Source: Blasia pusilla (Eukaryota). From it: a stretch of 64,000 nt of DNA. The number at the start of each line of letters is the position of its first letter. The stretch's first letter is position 1. The stretch is taken from assembly GCA_050084515.1 (NCBI GenBank), contig CM114271.1, positions 15,562,001 through 15,626,000 on the forward strand, read 5' to 3'. Position numbers and translations under genes: made by a program. The notes under the pieces are model-generated. The model saw only the letters and a list, made by a program, of their open reading frames with translations. It did no database searches and was not told the DNA's origin. Positions 48,513 through 62,009 of this stretch are shown piece by piece.

Positions 48513-51500
48513 CCCCCCTTTCTTGCCATGTTCTACGTGCCATAGGTTGAAATTGTTCTTTTTAAATGAAGAGAAAATTCTTCAGAACAAAGAGCAGCAG
48601 TGCTTCAGTATAATCCAAATCTAGAAAAGATCCCAAATTCCTTGTAGAACTCAAGATATAGAATAATATATGATTAGTTTGCAAGTAGGAGTTGTAGATG
48701 TGTGAGAACCTTGTGAGTCCTTACACTTGCGAAAAACCATTTCTTTGCAAGTTTTGGCCGTGATTTCCTTGCAAATTACACATTCTTTTTTTCCATTTTT
48801 TTATTGCTCCTAACACTTGAAAAAATACTTCATTCTTCTAAAAGACTAGCAAAAAATAAACGCACGCATAAATTCTCCTTCATTTGTAATAGACTTGCAC
48901 AATTGATGCGCACAAAAAGTAGCATGTGGTAAACTTGCTAAGTATTCTTTTAGGTCAAAATGGAGCTCAAAAATTTTTAGAACCCCCAATCCATGTAGTC
49001 TTAGTAAATATGATTATTTATTTCTAGATGTGGAGCTGAGTAAAATTATTCTCGAGAAACTATTCTCCCATAGATATAAAACACCACTTGAGAATTTTAC
49101 TTAAAAAGCTTGCCTTTCCACCATTATATTGCTGCATTATGAGTAGTCGTAATAGGTTCATTGATAATACTTCCCATGATGGTAGAGTGACTCCTTTGAG
49201 GATTATTTGGGCTTCTCGAAGCCCTCTTAAGGATTATTTGGGTTTCGTATTTATGAATTATGGCAGTTAAATTACGGCAATTAAAAAAGTGGATATCTAA
49301 AGAGGTACTATGTTTGGTTTCTATGAAGTTGTAATTGAAAGGCCTAACCCTTTCTAGCTTCCAAGAAAATTTTTTATTAAAAGTTTTTCATATTCTAGTC
49401 TGGTAATTTTATTGTAAAAAATTAATGGAAGAAAAGAAATATATTGTGTGGTATCTCTCTCAAAGTACATTTATGGCTAATTAGGATTATAAATGATGAT
49501 TCCCGACCATATACATACCATAAGAGAAATTTGAGGTGAAATTTCAAGGTGGTCATCTTTGGTATCTATGCTAATTCTAATAGTACAAGCATCACCAAAA
49601 GTATGATATTGTCTTTTGAATAAATTTAAAATAAGATTCTTCAAGATATTTCAGAAATAAATTTCTCATAAAATTAATAAGATTCAATTGTAGAAAAATT
49701 CAACAAGAAGAAAAGAGTCTGATTTCCTTATTAAGACTTGTGCTATCTCAATTTGATAGAGTAGATCATATGTGTGCCGAATCCTCGATAAGATTGGGAA
49801 TTTTGGAGGGGACGTTTGAGGCATGTTGCCATGGTAAATGTGATCATAGTCGCATGATGTCCACGTTTCCACCTATGCAACCAATTGATTTTGATAGTAG
49901 GTCTGTAAGGATTGTATTGAATTTTTGATTAGTAAGATGCCCATAAGGGGATGTACTTCCCGTGCTAAATTTGTGCCATGGACATGAAGAAATTCAAATC
50001 ATAATCATCAGTAGAAGTACAAATCCTCAAATTTGCATTGATTAAGAATAACAAGGGTTGATTTGTGGACACGAAATGGGTGTCACTGAAATCGTAAAGT
50101 TAACCTCTTCCATGCATCTTATCTGAATACTACTTCGGTGTCTCACACCCTCCATAGTCCTCCATGGAAGTACACTCATGAGTCTCGAGTCTCTTTCGAT
50201 GCTCAGCCAATTAAACTCTCTGCCCTTTCTGCAACGCACCAAACACATTAAGCTAATTTGATGAAGTTCGTCCCAAAACCCGTCGTAAGGATACAAATGA
50301 TGAATGTTTTTTCATGGTAATTCCCAGCTACACGTGCAGGGACCCGACGGTCCCTGCTATCCACGGGTCAGTTTCTCATTGGCCCGATGGAGGCGCTCGT
50401 TGAGACCTCGAAGGTGGTCCGATCGACAGGGCAGAGTCCATCGCTTGAACGTGCAGATTCTGCACAACTTTTCGGCCCCGGGAGCGGTTGTTTGCTTCGT
50501 CGGTTTTACGGGCGTTCAAGTTTTCTTCCTTCCGCTGTTACTCGACGGGAATCTCGACAGTGTCATACGATCATCACATTTGTGCCAGAGCGCATCATCG
50601 TGTTCTCCTCTCTCGAGCCACGCCAGCGCTGTCAGGATTCTGAAACAGCCTGCATCGAGATATCATGGCTGGGCTCCGGAATTCTCATGCACTTAAAAAA
50701 TCCCATTCATGAGCACAAACTCACTTGGGAAGACGACCGAAACCTGCTTTCTTATCCTGATTCTTGCGTTGTCGCTAGGAAAATTCCACGAATCTACGGT
50801 GGCCACTCTCTCATCTCTTTACGTCATGATTGGCCCGACCCGATCCTTTCAATACGATTCCTCTTCAATACGAACCCTAAGCTATTAAGCACTCCGGAAT
50901 GGGTTGTCCTACGCGACGGGTCTCCATAGTTTTGCAACGCGTCCACAAATGGGCTTTTGCGGCGGGCTCACGCGGTTGGAGACGTCCATGCTAGATGTCT
51001 ATTTAGTAGTAATCATAGTTCTTTAGGTGTTGTTGATATTGTCTCTGCTGTTGATGATTTTGGTTGTTAGGGGGGAAGGCCCCTTTTTTTTTTTTTTGGG
51101 TCTCCATGCCCCCTCTTTTGTATCGTGATGGGTTTCCCATCCTTTTTCTACATATATATATTTTATTCTCTTTGCTATTAAGCACTGGTGACTATTTGCG
51201 ATTTGCGATGTACTCAAGCGAAAATGAAAATACTTCGCAAGTGGAAAATAACATGAAGCTATAACATTAGTTGATGAGTAAATTATAAAAATAGTGAACG
51301 AATAAAAAAGTTAAAAAAAGTTGAATCATCATGAAGTGACCATTTTTATTTTTTTAAATTTGAAAAGAAATTAGATATCATTATTTTTGCAATCCCATTG
51401 TCAATAAATAGAAGAAAATCATTCACGTTCAGCCAAAGATTGTTTCAAATTATTCTTAAAAAATTCCTCGCAATAAAAAATTGAATATGAAATGAAATTA

Positions 51501-54500
51501 GAATCATTTTCATCCTTGGAAAAATAACAAAATTTCCAATTTTCTATTATTATAAAATTTTCATTTAAAAAAAGAAGAAGAGAGTTTCCCTTCCAAAATT
51601 AACTTGAACTTAAAATTTTGAGGAACTTAATTTTTAAAATGGAAAAATTAGTTGAACATAAAAGATCCTCAAAAGTTCTTCTTAATGATTAAATTTTATT
51701 TAAAAAATCATATCATGAAATATTTTTTTCCACATTTTGGGTTAGTATAGATCAAATTTTACAAAAATCAAGGAGTTGAAAAGCTTCAAACGTGGTCTTC
51801 TTCCAAGCCGGACCTAAACCCCTCAAGTAGCATGATATCACATGTCGTAATACTCACTAATACAAGTATGTCCGATCTGAAATGGACACAAATGAAAAAT
51901 GGTTGATTGGGTGAGAAGCCGATGCAAAAAATTACAGAGAGTGATCCAAATATTAGATGAAAAACTTATTTGTAGAACGGTAGATTTGACTCAGTTCTAA
52001 TAAATTAATTAGTAGTGTAAAATTTGTATTTTAAAAATTTGAACATGCCGAAAACGATACTCTGAATATGAAACGTTTCTTGATTTTCAAGAATTTCTAT
52101 GCACTCGTATGTACGAGTGTATAGAGATAGAAATAGACACCGAGAAAAGAAATTTACGACCGGTAAAATTCTCTCGGTCACCGTAAACACGGGCTCTACA
52201 TTAGACCAGTAATAAAATATACCCCGGTCTAAGCTCCACGCAAACTTGTAGTATTCTCTCTTAGAGTGTCCACCTTACTCACGACTCTCCGGGAGAACAG
52301 CGTTCTCCCTCTACGAACGGGCAATAGAAAGGGCACCAAAATCCAAGGCAGGGATGTAGCGTCCCCGAGAAACTGAAGGAGCCACAGCACCGTCCATTTG
52401 GTGCGAAATTCGTGATGAACGGCGACGCTGAACGTCCGTCCCTCCGGTGAGGAAGGGCGAGTAATCTCCCTGTCTCTCGCATGTAGGACACCGGGCACCC
52501 GTTCCACCGAGGACGGCAGAGAAGTCCCAAGCTCTGTCGGTGCCGTGCCACCTTGATATTCCTGGGGGACTCCGGCGAGGACCCCGAGCGGGGCCATTGT
52601 TCGCGGAATCATCAATGGTTGGTTTGAGACCCTACAAGTTTCTAGAAGAAATAAAAATAAGAAAGGTAGAGTATTGACTATGGCCCAGGAGTCCAGGACA
52701 TAGCCTACTTGTCCACAAACAGTATCGTCCGAGATCATAATACACATCATGTTCTTGTTGCTTCTAAATCATTTAGGTGCAATGAATTCATAAACCGAGG
52801 AACCTCGTTGTAAGCATCTACCATTCCGGCAAATATGGAAAGATTCTCAGATATCTCGATTCCTCCGCTTGTCTTAACGCCAAAAATTCAATCAACCGTT
52901 CCTTCTTATTATAATAGTAGTTTGGCATTTCGTGGCACCGCATCAACTACGCCCGATGGGTCAATGGCACTATGATACTTGTGTCTATGAGGGCTGCCAT
53001 AGAGTATCACAAGGGGTCGCCGAATTTTCTTAAGAGATAGGATGAATACTTCTCGCTTTACTTCACGGGTTCTTAATTACTTAAAATATGATCGGTATTT
53101 ATTTTAGTAATTTTTCAAAATCGTAAGTAATTATAAAATATTTTTGAGGGTCATATTATTGGTTGAAAATGTAGAATTATTTTCTATCAAAAGTATGAAG
53201 GAATAGAACTAGAAAATGTATGCGCAGTGTCTAATTTTTTTTTCACGTTTGAAAATGATTCTCATAAGAATTTTGGAGCTTTTTCACATGGAGTATTCTC
53301 ATGTTTGGAAAAGAAAGCGCTAGTTTTGAACAAAAAACAAATGGAGAGTTTTCCACTAATCCTCCCACCAGAGGTCCAAAAGTGGAATCAAAATGGAATC
53401 GAAAGCCAGATGACTCGATGGAAAAACTAGAACGAATGGGCTGGAACTGCACATATTCACTAGTTAGCTCCAAGGGCGGAACGCAGCTTCATGAGTGATC
53501 GAATCGATTTGTGCATGGTGCAGTCGTATGGGCACAGCACCATGCACTTTGGACGACCGCACACTGAATCGAAGAACAAGAAACGCGATGCCGGTGACGC
53601 GTTCATCGAGTGTGACATAATAGAAGAGGGTGCCTGTGTATTTCCGACATATTTGTTGTATACAACGGTTGGAATACTCGGGGAATGAGAACATTTCTAC
53701 GTCTAGACTCTAGCTTGGAACGGAGAGTCGTAGACAGACCTACAGAGACGTTCCAAAAAATTCAATTTAAATAAAACTTACTTCTCGCCAAAAGCCGCAA
53801 TAACTGCGGAGTTTTGGAGATATGATTTTTTGGCAGACATTCCACGTGATATCCATCGGACCCACTCCGGGAGGTGTAGTTGCTCACACTCGGCACTTCC
53901 GATTCTTCCCGAAGCGATATAAATACTACAAGGGGTTTTCGGTTAGAGTAACACACATGTCGAGGGTAGTGTATCTGGTAGTAACCAATTAGGATGAATT
54001 CAGGGCATTAAAAAAGCACGACATTAGACCGTGGAATCGTCCGGTTTGGTCATTCATATAGAGCGGAAACAATATGCGTATTTCACGGATAGAGCAATTT
54101 GGGAAACATTCGCGAGATTTGATTATCTTGTCTCGTCATGATAATCCTTAATTTCGTCATGGAAAGAAAGTCGATTCGCGTGCGTCCGAGCAATCTGTCT
54201 CCTCGGGCCACCTCCCAAACTCAAAGCTTGAAACCATTTGCCGGACTGAATGAAATGCTACAGATGACATCGGTTATGGATTGACACCATTCTCTTATTT
54301 GAAAACTGGATCTTTGGTATGGTGGCCTCCTTTGTAGAACGATCAAATGTCCTTGCCGAGTCATTGCTGAGCACCATAAGCATGGCGCTGTAGGTCGTAC
54401 CGTTGTCGGTTGAGGGAAGCGAAAACGTCATTCGAGTCCGTAGACTCCAGGAAAGCGCAAACCCCCGAGCTGTTGACGACTACCTAGTGGACGACAACCG

Positions 54501-57500
54501 TCGTCCAAATCCATTCCCACATCAAAGGAGACACACAACAGTTCTGACCAGTCTCACCTTTTGGACTTGTGTGTAATACTGAGTGTTTTGACAGTTACTA
54601 CCGTGTCACTGTGGTCACTCGAGGATCGGCGTGGACTACTTTCTAGAAGAGAGAGAATACTTCTTTCTTCTTCTTCTTCGTGGGCGTCGCGTGATGGAAC
54701 GTGCTTGATGATTATCTTGAAGTATATTGGGTTTCAGATCCTCACAGGCTTCATCTTCCCCAGGCTGCAGAAATTTTAATCGTTTCATGCTAATTCCTTT
54801 TGGTTTACCAGGATGAAGATTCCATTGATTCCCGGAATTTCGATCAGCCTAAATAATGAGAGGCTTGTCTTTATTTGAACGAGTGACATGCGACAGATCA
54901 GGGACGGTCCATCTCGCTTGAATTTCTTGGTAATATGTCTGTCTTTCGGAGGAGTTTGAGTAATCTCGGAAATCTTCGCTATACTTCAAGATCTTTCAGG
55001 GCTCCTTGTCGGGAAGCTCCTATCTACGGAGCATACGCGCACTCGCTATTAACGCAAAACGTTAAGTTGAAAGCACTGACTCCGGTCTTGTCTGATGAAC
55101 CACAACATAAAATATCAAGCGCTCTACACAAGCTGATGCGATTGTCTTCTGAGGAGATAATAAGCTATCAACTGACAGAGCTATCTGCAACAGCATTTCG
55201 CTTAGACGTACTTCAATGACTGCATAAGTTGTAGGTATACGTCCTACCGAAAAGTAACCTGACGAAGACGATTGCAAAGATGACATAGAGCTATTTAAAT
55301 GTTTCTTTCAAATTCATGAGAGAATTTTGTCTCACTTTTAATGCAGCTGTGAGAAGATGCACGTTCGGATCAGTCTACTTGCGAGACCTGCTTTCAGCCG
55401 GTGCATCTGCAGGGTTCCGCCCCGTTCCAAAACGTTTCAAACGTACATCTAGGTCTGGAGAGAGAGAGTGAAACGTAAGCACTCCACCAGCAGATGACTT
55501 GTCATACCTCCAATTCCATCGTGTAGAGCCTCCGACAGATAAAACAGTTCTCCGACAGATATAAAGCTTCTTACTGTCTGTACTCTGTAGGGCGTGCTCT
55601 TAAATCACACCCGAGACGTTAGAAGTACAGCTGCAGCAAGCAATGACTGATGATCGGACGGTTGCTGTTGTTTCCAGTCTGCTACGAAAAGATTTGACAT
55701 GTCATCCAGAAGATTCTCTTGAACCGAAAAGCTGAGTCTCTACGGGGAGAGTTTCTCCTGATTCAACAGATACCTACCACAAACTAGTTTCATAAAGACT
55801 TCACTCGATGGAAAGATATGAACAAGCTCGCTTTCCGGAGTTACGGGCTTTTGCCAACCTACGCCGCTCACACTAGCCTGTAGCCTGCCTGTTCGAAAGC
55901 TCGACGAAGTGATTTCAAAAGACGGGGCTTCTAATATTTTGACATTTTTCAGTTTGGGCCTCGGGTTCTTGTTCTAGATGTCCCACGTTTCCCACTAGAG
56001 CATGCCATTGCTTTTGGGAGTTCCGCATTCACATTAGATTTCACGATTCCGTACAATCCGATGAGGCGTCACAGATGACTCTTGTCACCGGTGCGATTTC
56101 TGTTAACACTAGCATGCGAGCAGACTTGGATTCTACCAGTACGACGGCTGTTCCACAAGGGTCACAAGATGTGGGCCATCCGACGGCCGAAATTAAATAC
56201 AGAGTGATCAATCATTACCGTTACTCATCCCTCAATTACATGATCAAGGTTTAAGTTACTCACGCATCAGTCGTAGTTCCTGCCACACCGGTGAACGCGA
56301 CGTAATATTCTAAGAGATTGTTTCCAAATTAGTAGACAATGATTGGAAGAATTGAAACGTTAGAACTCTTAAAGGCAAAGGAGAATTGTCAATAGATAGC
56401 TGGCAGTTTTCGCTAGGCATTTCTCATCTGATCCTCGCGTCTCATCTATTGCTCCACGAGTAACTATCCGTGGAACGTTGCCGCGGAAAATTGAGGAGGC
56501 TTCACTTTGGAAATGATAAGTAAATCTGACTCTATGTTCACGCTCACGCCCTGATAGTCTAGCATTTCTATTGGCCTCTTACTACGTGACTCCCGTACAT
56601 GAGCATGGCATGCCTCGACCTTTCTTAGGATTGTGGCAGTAAGCTGGAAGTCCTCTGTACGGAAGAAAGGACATTTCCATTCGCCCTCAGCTTCAGTGAT
56701 TTCGTGGTGTAGATAGATATGCAGTCGTTGCATCAGCTTTCGCGGTCCAGTGTCTGACTGAGGAAGAATGTCTTCAGTCGTTGCTCCAGCTTTCGGGGCC
56801 AAGCTTTTGGCTGTTGCTGGACTAAACCCCCGTAAACAACAAGTGTACTCGGTCACTATCAATCGACTCATTTGAATTTTTGGTGGGGTAAAGTCAAAGT
56901 TGAAATTGAAGTAAATGATCGGAACTTTTTCCGTGCTGTCATAGATGCATCGGATTCTCCTTTAGTTGTGGTAAGCTCTTTCACCTCATGCAGACCATAC
57001 TCCCATTTGAAGTCCTCTCGATCTGAAACCCCCTGCTTGGTGCTTATGGAGGCTTCGCACAACTTCGTGAATCCAGATGCGCCTTCCCATCCATGTCCTA
57101 CCAAGCAAACTGTGAAATTGTAGGAATTACAAAGTTACATCCTAGGCCTAACAAATGTGGTTTGCAAAGGCGAAGTAGCAACCTTGGAAGGCATGCGTTT
57201 CAGGAATATTCAGCGGGAATGGAAGAGTGAGCAGCCGTCACCTGCTCGTGTCGGAAATATTAGGACGATAAAGTGTTGCCGGGTAGTGTGTGGAGCGACG
57301 TTCTCCCACCTTCGGGGAGATGGCACTCTGGCATTCAGATGAAAAGCCTAGTACGTTTGAAAGAAATTACGTTCTTCAGCTGACCCATTCGAAGTTCGAG
57401 CGCCTTTCTTGAACAACTAGTGGCGGCCATTGAGCATGCGTTTGAATGCTGTTCACACAGACGTCCCGCGAGAAGATCTTAACAATTAAGCTAGACGTGT

Positions 57501-59441
57501 ATGTGGAGAAAACAAATGTTACTTGCCCCGACATAGTTTAACTCCTCACAATATACTGGAGATCATGAAAACACCTACCTACGTACTCCCAACTCATATG
57601 GAAGGAAGGATCACAGCAGCACAGCAGTTCATCCTTGGATAAAAGAGCGCTCTGCCTACTCCGTAATGCTAGAAGTCCTATATCGTGGTGGAGTAGAACG
57701 TTGCCTAATGTGTTGACATGAATCGATTCGTAGCAGTCCCCGAGGTAGATACGCTTCGACGCCCCGTAAAGAGAATGTTTTACTTTCCCTGCCAATGGTG
57801 GTACAAGGAGACCACAGCCTTGCAAGCAGATTAACTAGCACTTTGTCAACCGCAACGATCACCATGTGACACGTAATCACGAAAATCGTTCTCTTCGTTG
57901 CCAAGTCTAATCGGACTGAATCTTAAGTGCCCTCCCACGTCTAGGTTTTCACCACGCCGTGACAGAACGTACACATTCCAACGTTTCAACAGCCGTGACT
58001 AGGCGGGTAGACAAAAATGCAACGCAGGGTTGCAAACCTATGGTCTCCATGTACCACCGTTGGTCAGGAGGTCCATCCGAATAAGAATGTGTCAAATCTC
58101 GCCAAGAACGCACATCCCCCAGTGTAAACGCAAGCCGGAACTCTTACTGTAAACATGGCACGAAGAGTACAGAAGAAGTCGGAAGAATCTGATACAACCC
58201 ATTCTGGAACTATTGTGGCTACAACGGGAGGCCGGAGTTGTACAGGACCAATGTCCGTCGTTGACCAATGAGAAGCAGGGCTTAGCAAGACTTTGAGAAG
58301 ACTCATGAAACCGTCAGTTCAGATGAGAGTATGCAAACCTAACACAAGATGTGTACGAATTACAAGAGGAAACTTGTAGAGATGATTGGTTGGACATGGA
58401 TGTTAATGTGCATCTGGAAGCCTAGTGTGGAGCTGACTTGCAAGGAGAGACTCGTGCGCAGCTGCACAAGCCATCCCGTGATTGCATGCAGAAACTACTC
58501 AGAATGTGAGAGATGCACGGAGAGAGAGGTAGAGAGAGAGACCAGTGATACATATAGTTGAGCATCGGACCAATGGCGTGTCACCGCGTGAGCACCATGA
58601 TTTATATTCATACATTTTTTTGCGCTCACGGGTGAGAGATGTCTAGCTTAAGGTACTTATCTGATCCCCCCTCTGCGCAACCACGAGGCCATAAGCAGAT
58701 CCCGTCAACCACCGCTCTGGAGATTGTCATCGGTTATCTGAAATGAGCTCTACCCCACATTTCCACAGCCCATCCGATCCCATCCATCCACACTGACCGC
58801 TACGACGAGTCAGCCTTACCAGGTTCACTCAGTGAACTACCTTGCATGATCCCAGTAGAACCGCAGACCTCGCATCTAAAAGACGGAGAGGCCAGATTAG
58901 ACAGGCTTACAGGGATGATGCAGTACTTCCACAACAGTTGACCTAAAAGGCCTCATCACAACGGACGTGTAGAGTCCGAATTTGGCCATGATTTCTTCGG
59001 CATCCGAACGTTTCGTGAGGACAAATGCACAACAACGAACTCCGGAGTTACACCCGCTAAGGTCAGGAAGCGGGCCACGAAAGAAAAGGAATTTTCAATC
59101 CTTCGCCAACAGAACAAGGCCCACCCACGATCTTCACTCCCCGCTTCCACCTGGCACGTCTTCCGCTTTTCGCGACCCCGCTAAAAGTACTTTTCCTTGC
59201 ACTCACCATCCCTGTCATGGCCCGCATATCTTTTTTCGTTGCCTCATCTTCGCTCGGGCCCCCACATAGCGCAGGTCGCTTGCGCCGACCTCTTCTCATT
59301 GTAGTCACTTTTTTATTATTCACTTTTTAAAAAAGATTGTAAGGTAGTATTTTGGGATATCCTCACGTGTATTTTCTCAACGAAGGTCGGAGGGTTACCC
59401 TAAACCTTAATCTTCCGCTAAGTTTTCTAAAAATACTTTTA

Positions 59442-59857
59442 TCTATATTATTAAGAGAGAATGTTTTTTAATTTGCAAACATCTATTTGTTTTGTGGCAC
59501 TTGGACATAAAAAAATGTTTCATATGGTACAGGCTACAAGAAAAAAATTGAATTTGTATGAAACATCATTAATCTCTTCCCTTCACGGGCGATACACTAG
59601 CTCTTCAAACACTTTTTTATTTTCTATTCATCGCACGAACACCTTATCTATATTATTAAAGGAGATTGCCTTCTTGATTGACCTCTCTGCTTGACACGTG
59701 ACAATTGGACAGCAAAAAAATGTTTCACATACTTCGGGAAGCAAGGGTAAAATTGGAATTTATGTGTAATATCATTAATGTCTTCCCTTCACGGGCCCTA
59801 CACTAGCTCTTCAAACACTTTTTTTATTTCTCGTGCATCACACGGGCACCTTACTAG
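59442..59857 (+). mobile_element. Tandem pair of short non-autonomous Helitrons
   Basis: Two ~205-bp units starting A|TCTATATTATTAA (59442, 59647). The 3' end has hairpin CTCGTGCATCACACGGG then CTAG|T (59854-59858). Confidence 0.75.
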
Positions 59858-61491
59858 TCATCTTAATGGGGGCTCATAACATCGGAACACGAATGAAACG
59901 TACACCGCACAATCCCTTATGGGTGCTAAATTTCTAACTACTCTTATTTCCAATGTACTTTATCACATTTCGGTGATGCTTATTTTTTTCCGGATAGGAT
60001 GTGGCTTTGCCGCTTGGGTGGGCAAGCAAGGACGGTTTAAGACAAAGCTAGATCGTCCATAGCCTCATCTACGTGTGCAAGATGTCTTCCATGGGAATGG
60101 ACGCCCATAATCATCGTGCAACATATGACCGGTTTCTACCAATGTCAGCTAGATTCGGGATTACGTGTTGAAATCTTAAATAGTGTAACCCTTCGTCAAG
60201 TTTGTTTGTTTTTTTAAATCTATAATTTTATGGGAGAGTGCAATGTCCAAGCGTAAACACCCAAGGGTCCGACACTTGGCTATTTGGCCAACTGCAAAGG
60301 AGAATTTTTAGACCGGTTCACACATGATTTTCATAATTCCTTAACCATTGGATGGGGTTCGTTAGGGTTTTTGTGCATCCGCCATGATAACTATTTTTTT
60401 TAATCATTCAAATTTTTTTCCTTGAAGTTAGGTCTACTCCATGAGGGAGGTTTGTTGATTTAATGGCCCTCTTGTTACTCAAAGATGTGTATTTATGTAT
60501 TACAAAAAACTTTCGAACCTCCAAACTCATACCGTGCACACTGTAGCCTTTGCTCAAGTAACATCAAGTCTTTACTTCTTTTTATTTCATTTACATATGC
60601 AACGACATATTACAAGCTATTCAGGCTTAAGTTATTGCTTAGGTTCTTAGATTTTTTGACATACATACTCATGGAACAAAATTATACAAGCCATCCAGGC
60701 TGAAGCTACTACTGAGCTTCTTCGAGCTCTACTCTAGGTCCTTCAAAAGGATACAAATGTAGTTTTTCAGAAAATAGCTCGATTCTTAATTTTGCTAAAC
60801 TGCCCTTATTGCATTTCAGGTACTCTACTGAGTGATCGCGCATGTGGCCCCATTGTTAGTCGCCTTCTTGTCATCCATGTTACAGACACAGGTCACAAGC
60901 TAGAACGCGGCAACTCTCACTCCTAGTTTGGCTCCTTGAGCAGCTCCCACTCATGGTTTGGCTCCTTCAGCAGCTCCCACTCTTTGTTCAACTCCTTCAC
61001 CAACTCCTGGTTAGAAATTGCCTCCCGATTCTCTAAATGATGCATCACCTCTTGTCTTCGATAGCTCCTGCCCCAAGTGCCGCTCCAGGTTCAAGTTCAG
61101 CTCCCAACCTACAAGCACCCTCAACACACAAGCGCAAAATAGATCAAAGCAACAAAAATGACCGGAATGGCAACAGGAATAACATCAAAGAAGTTCAACC
61201 AAGGAAAGGAGAAGACTATAATTAAGGTGGCTTCACAAAAAAATTTTGGTATAAGGAAAGCGGATCATGAGCCATTGGACAGTTCAAAATGGTATCCCTC
61301 TCTGTGGAAGAATCCTATGCTCCTCCATGTCTAAGAGTTCTCAACTCAAATACTCGACTCTACACCAATCAACCTATAAAGTCTCCAGAAAGCATACAAC
61401 TTCAGTGGCACTAGGAATCGGAGGGTCATATGGGCATCACTATCGAATCTTTAGCACGGTCTCAGTTGTGAGTTTACGACAATAGAGATGT

Positions 61492-62009
61492 TGTCACATC
61501 TTTTAGGATAGATCGGTGAGATCTAGTAGAGCGCCCTCATGAGTAGTGGAGGACAGGCTCAGTAGGTTGAGGATGAGCGGTTGAGGCCCGGGGAAACTTG
61601 AGAGAGCAGATTTCCCCTTCGTTTCGGCTCATTTGGAGCCATATTGAAGAACTTACTATTTTAGGTAAGTACCATTTTGAATACCTAATCGGCTTTCTAT
61701 TTTTGGTAAGTGACCATTGACCTCCTACATTAGGTCAAGAGCCAAGGAGATGACTTGGGATCATAAGTTACCATGGAGAGAGCTTGGGAGAAGGGAGGGG
61801 TATACCTCAACAAGAGAGAGCTTGAGAGCTCATTTTCTCTTTGTTGAACCTCTTGGCATGAGGCGGCGGAGCTATGGTCTTGCTTGTCTTGTGTGTGTAA
61901 CCCAAACCTCTTATTAGGAGAGTGGGTTTGGTTTGACATTGAGAGAGACATGTGAGAGTGCACACATGTGAAAACTATGGTGTTGTGAGAGAGATTGGAT
62001 CTTATTTTA
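61492..62009 (+). repeat. Split direct repeat A1 (5' terminus), copy 3
   Basis: Matches 14602-15115 up to GAGATTGGATCTTA.TTTA, then enters unique leader sequence with no B repeat. Confidence 0.88.

Noticed and set aside
50304-52750. ORFs of 130-180 aa at 50304-50929 and 52229-52750
   Set aside because: No recognisable domains or splice structure; likely chance ORFs.
54645-54665. AGAAGAGAGAGA resembling miR529/miR156
   Set aside because: The 3' half does not match and no convincing precursor hairpin is visible; it is a simple AG repeat.
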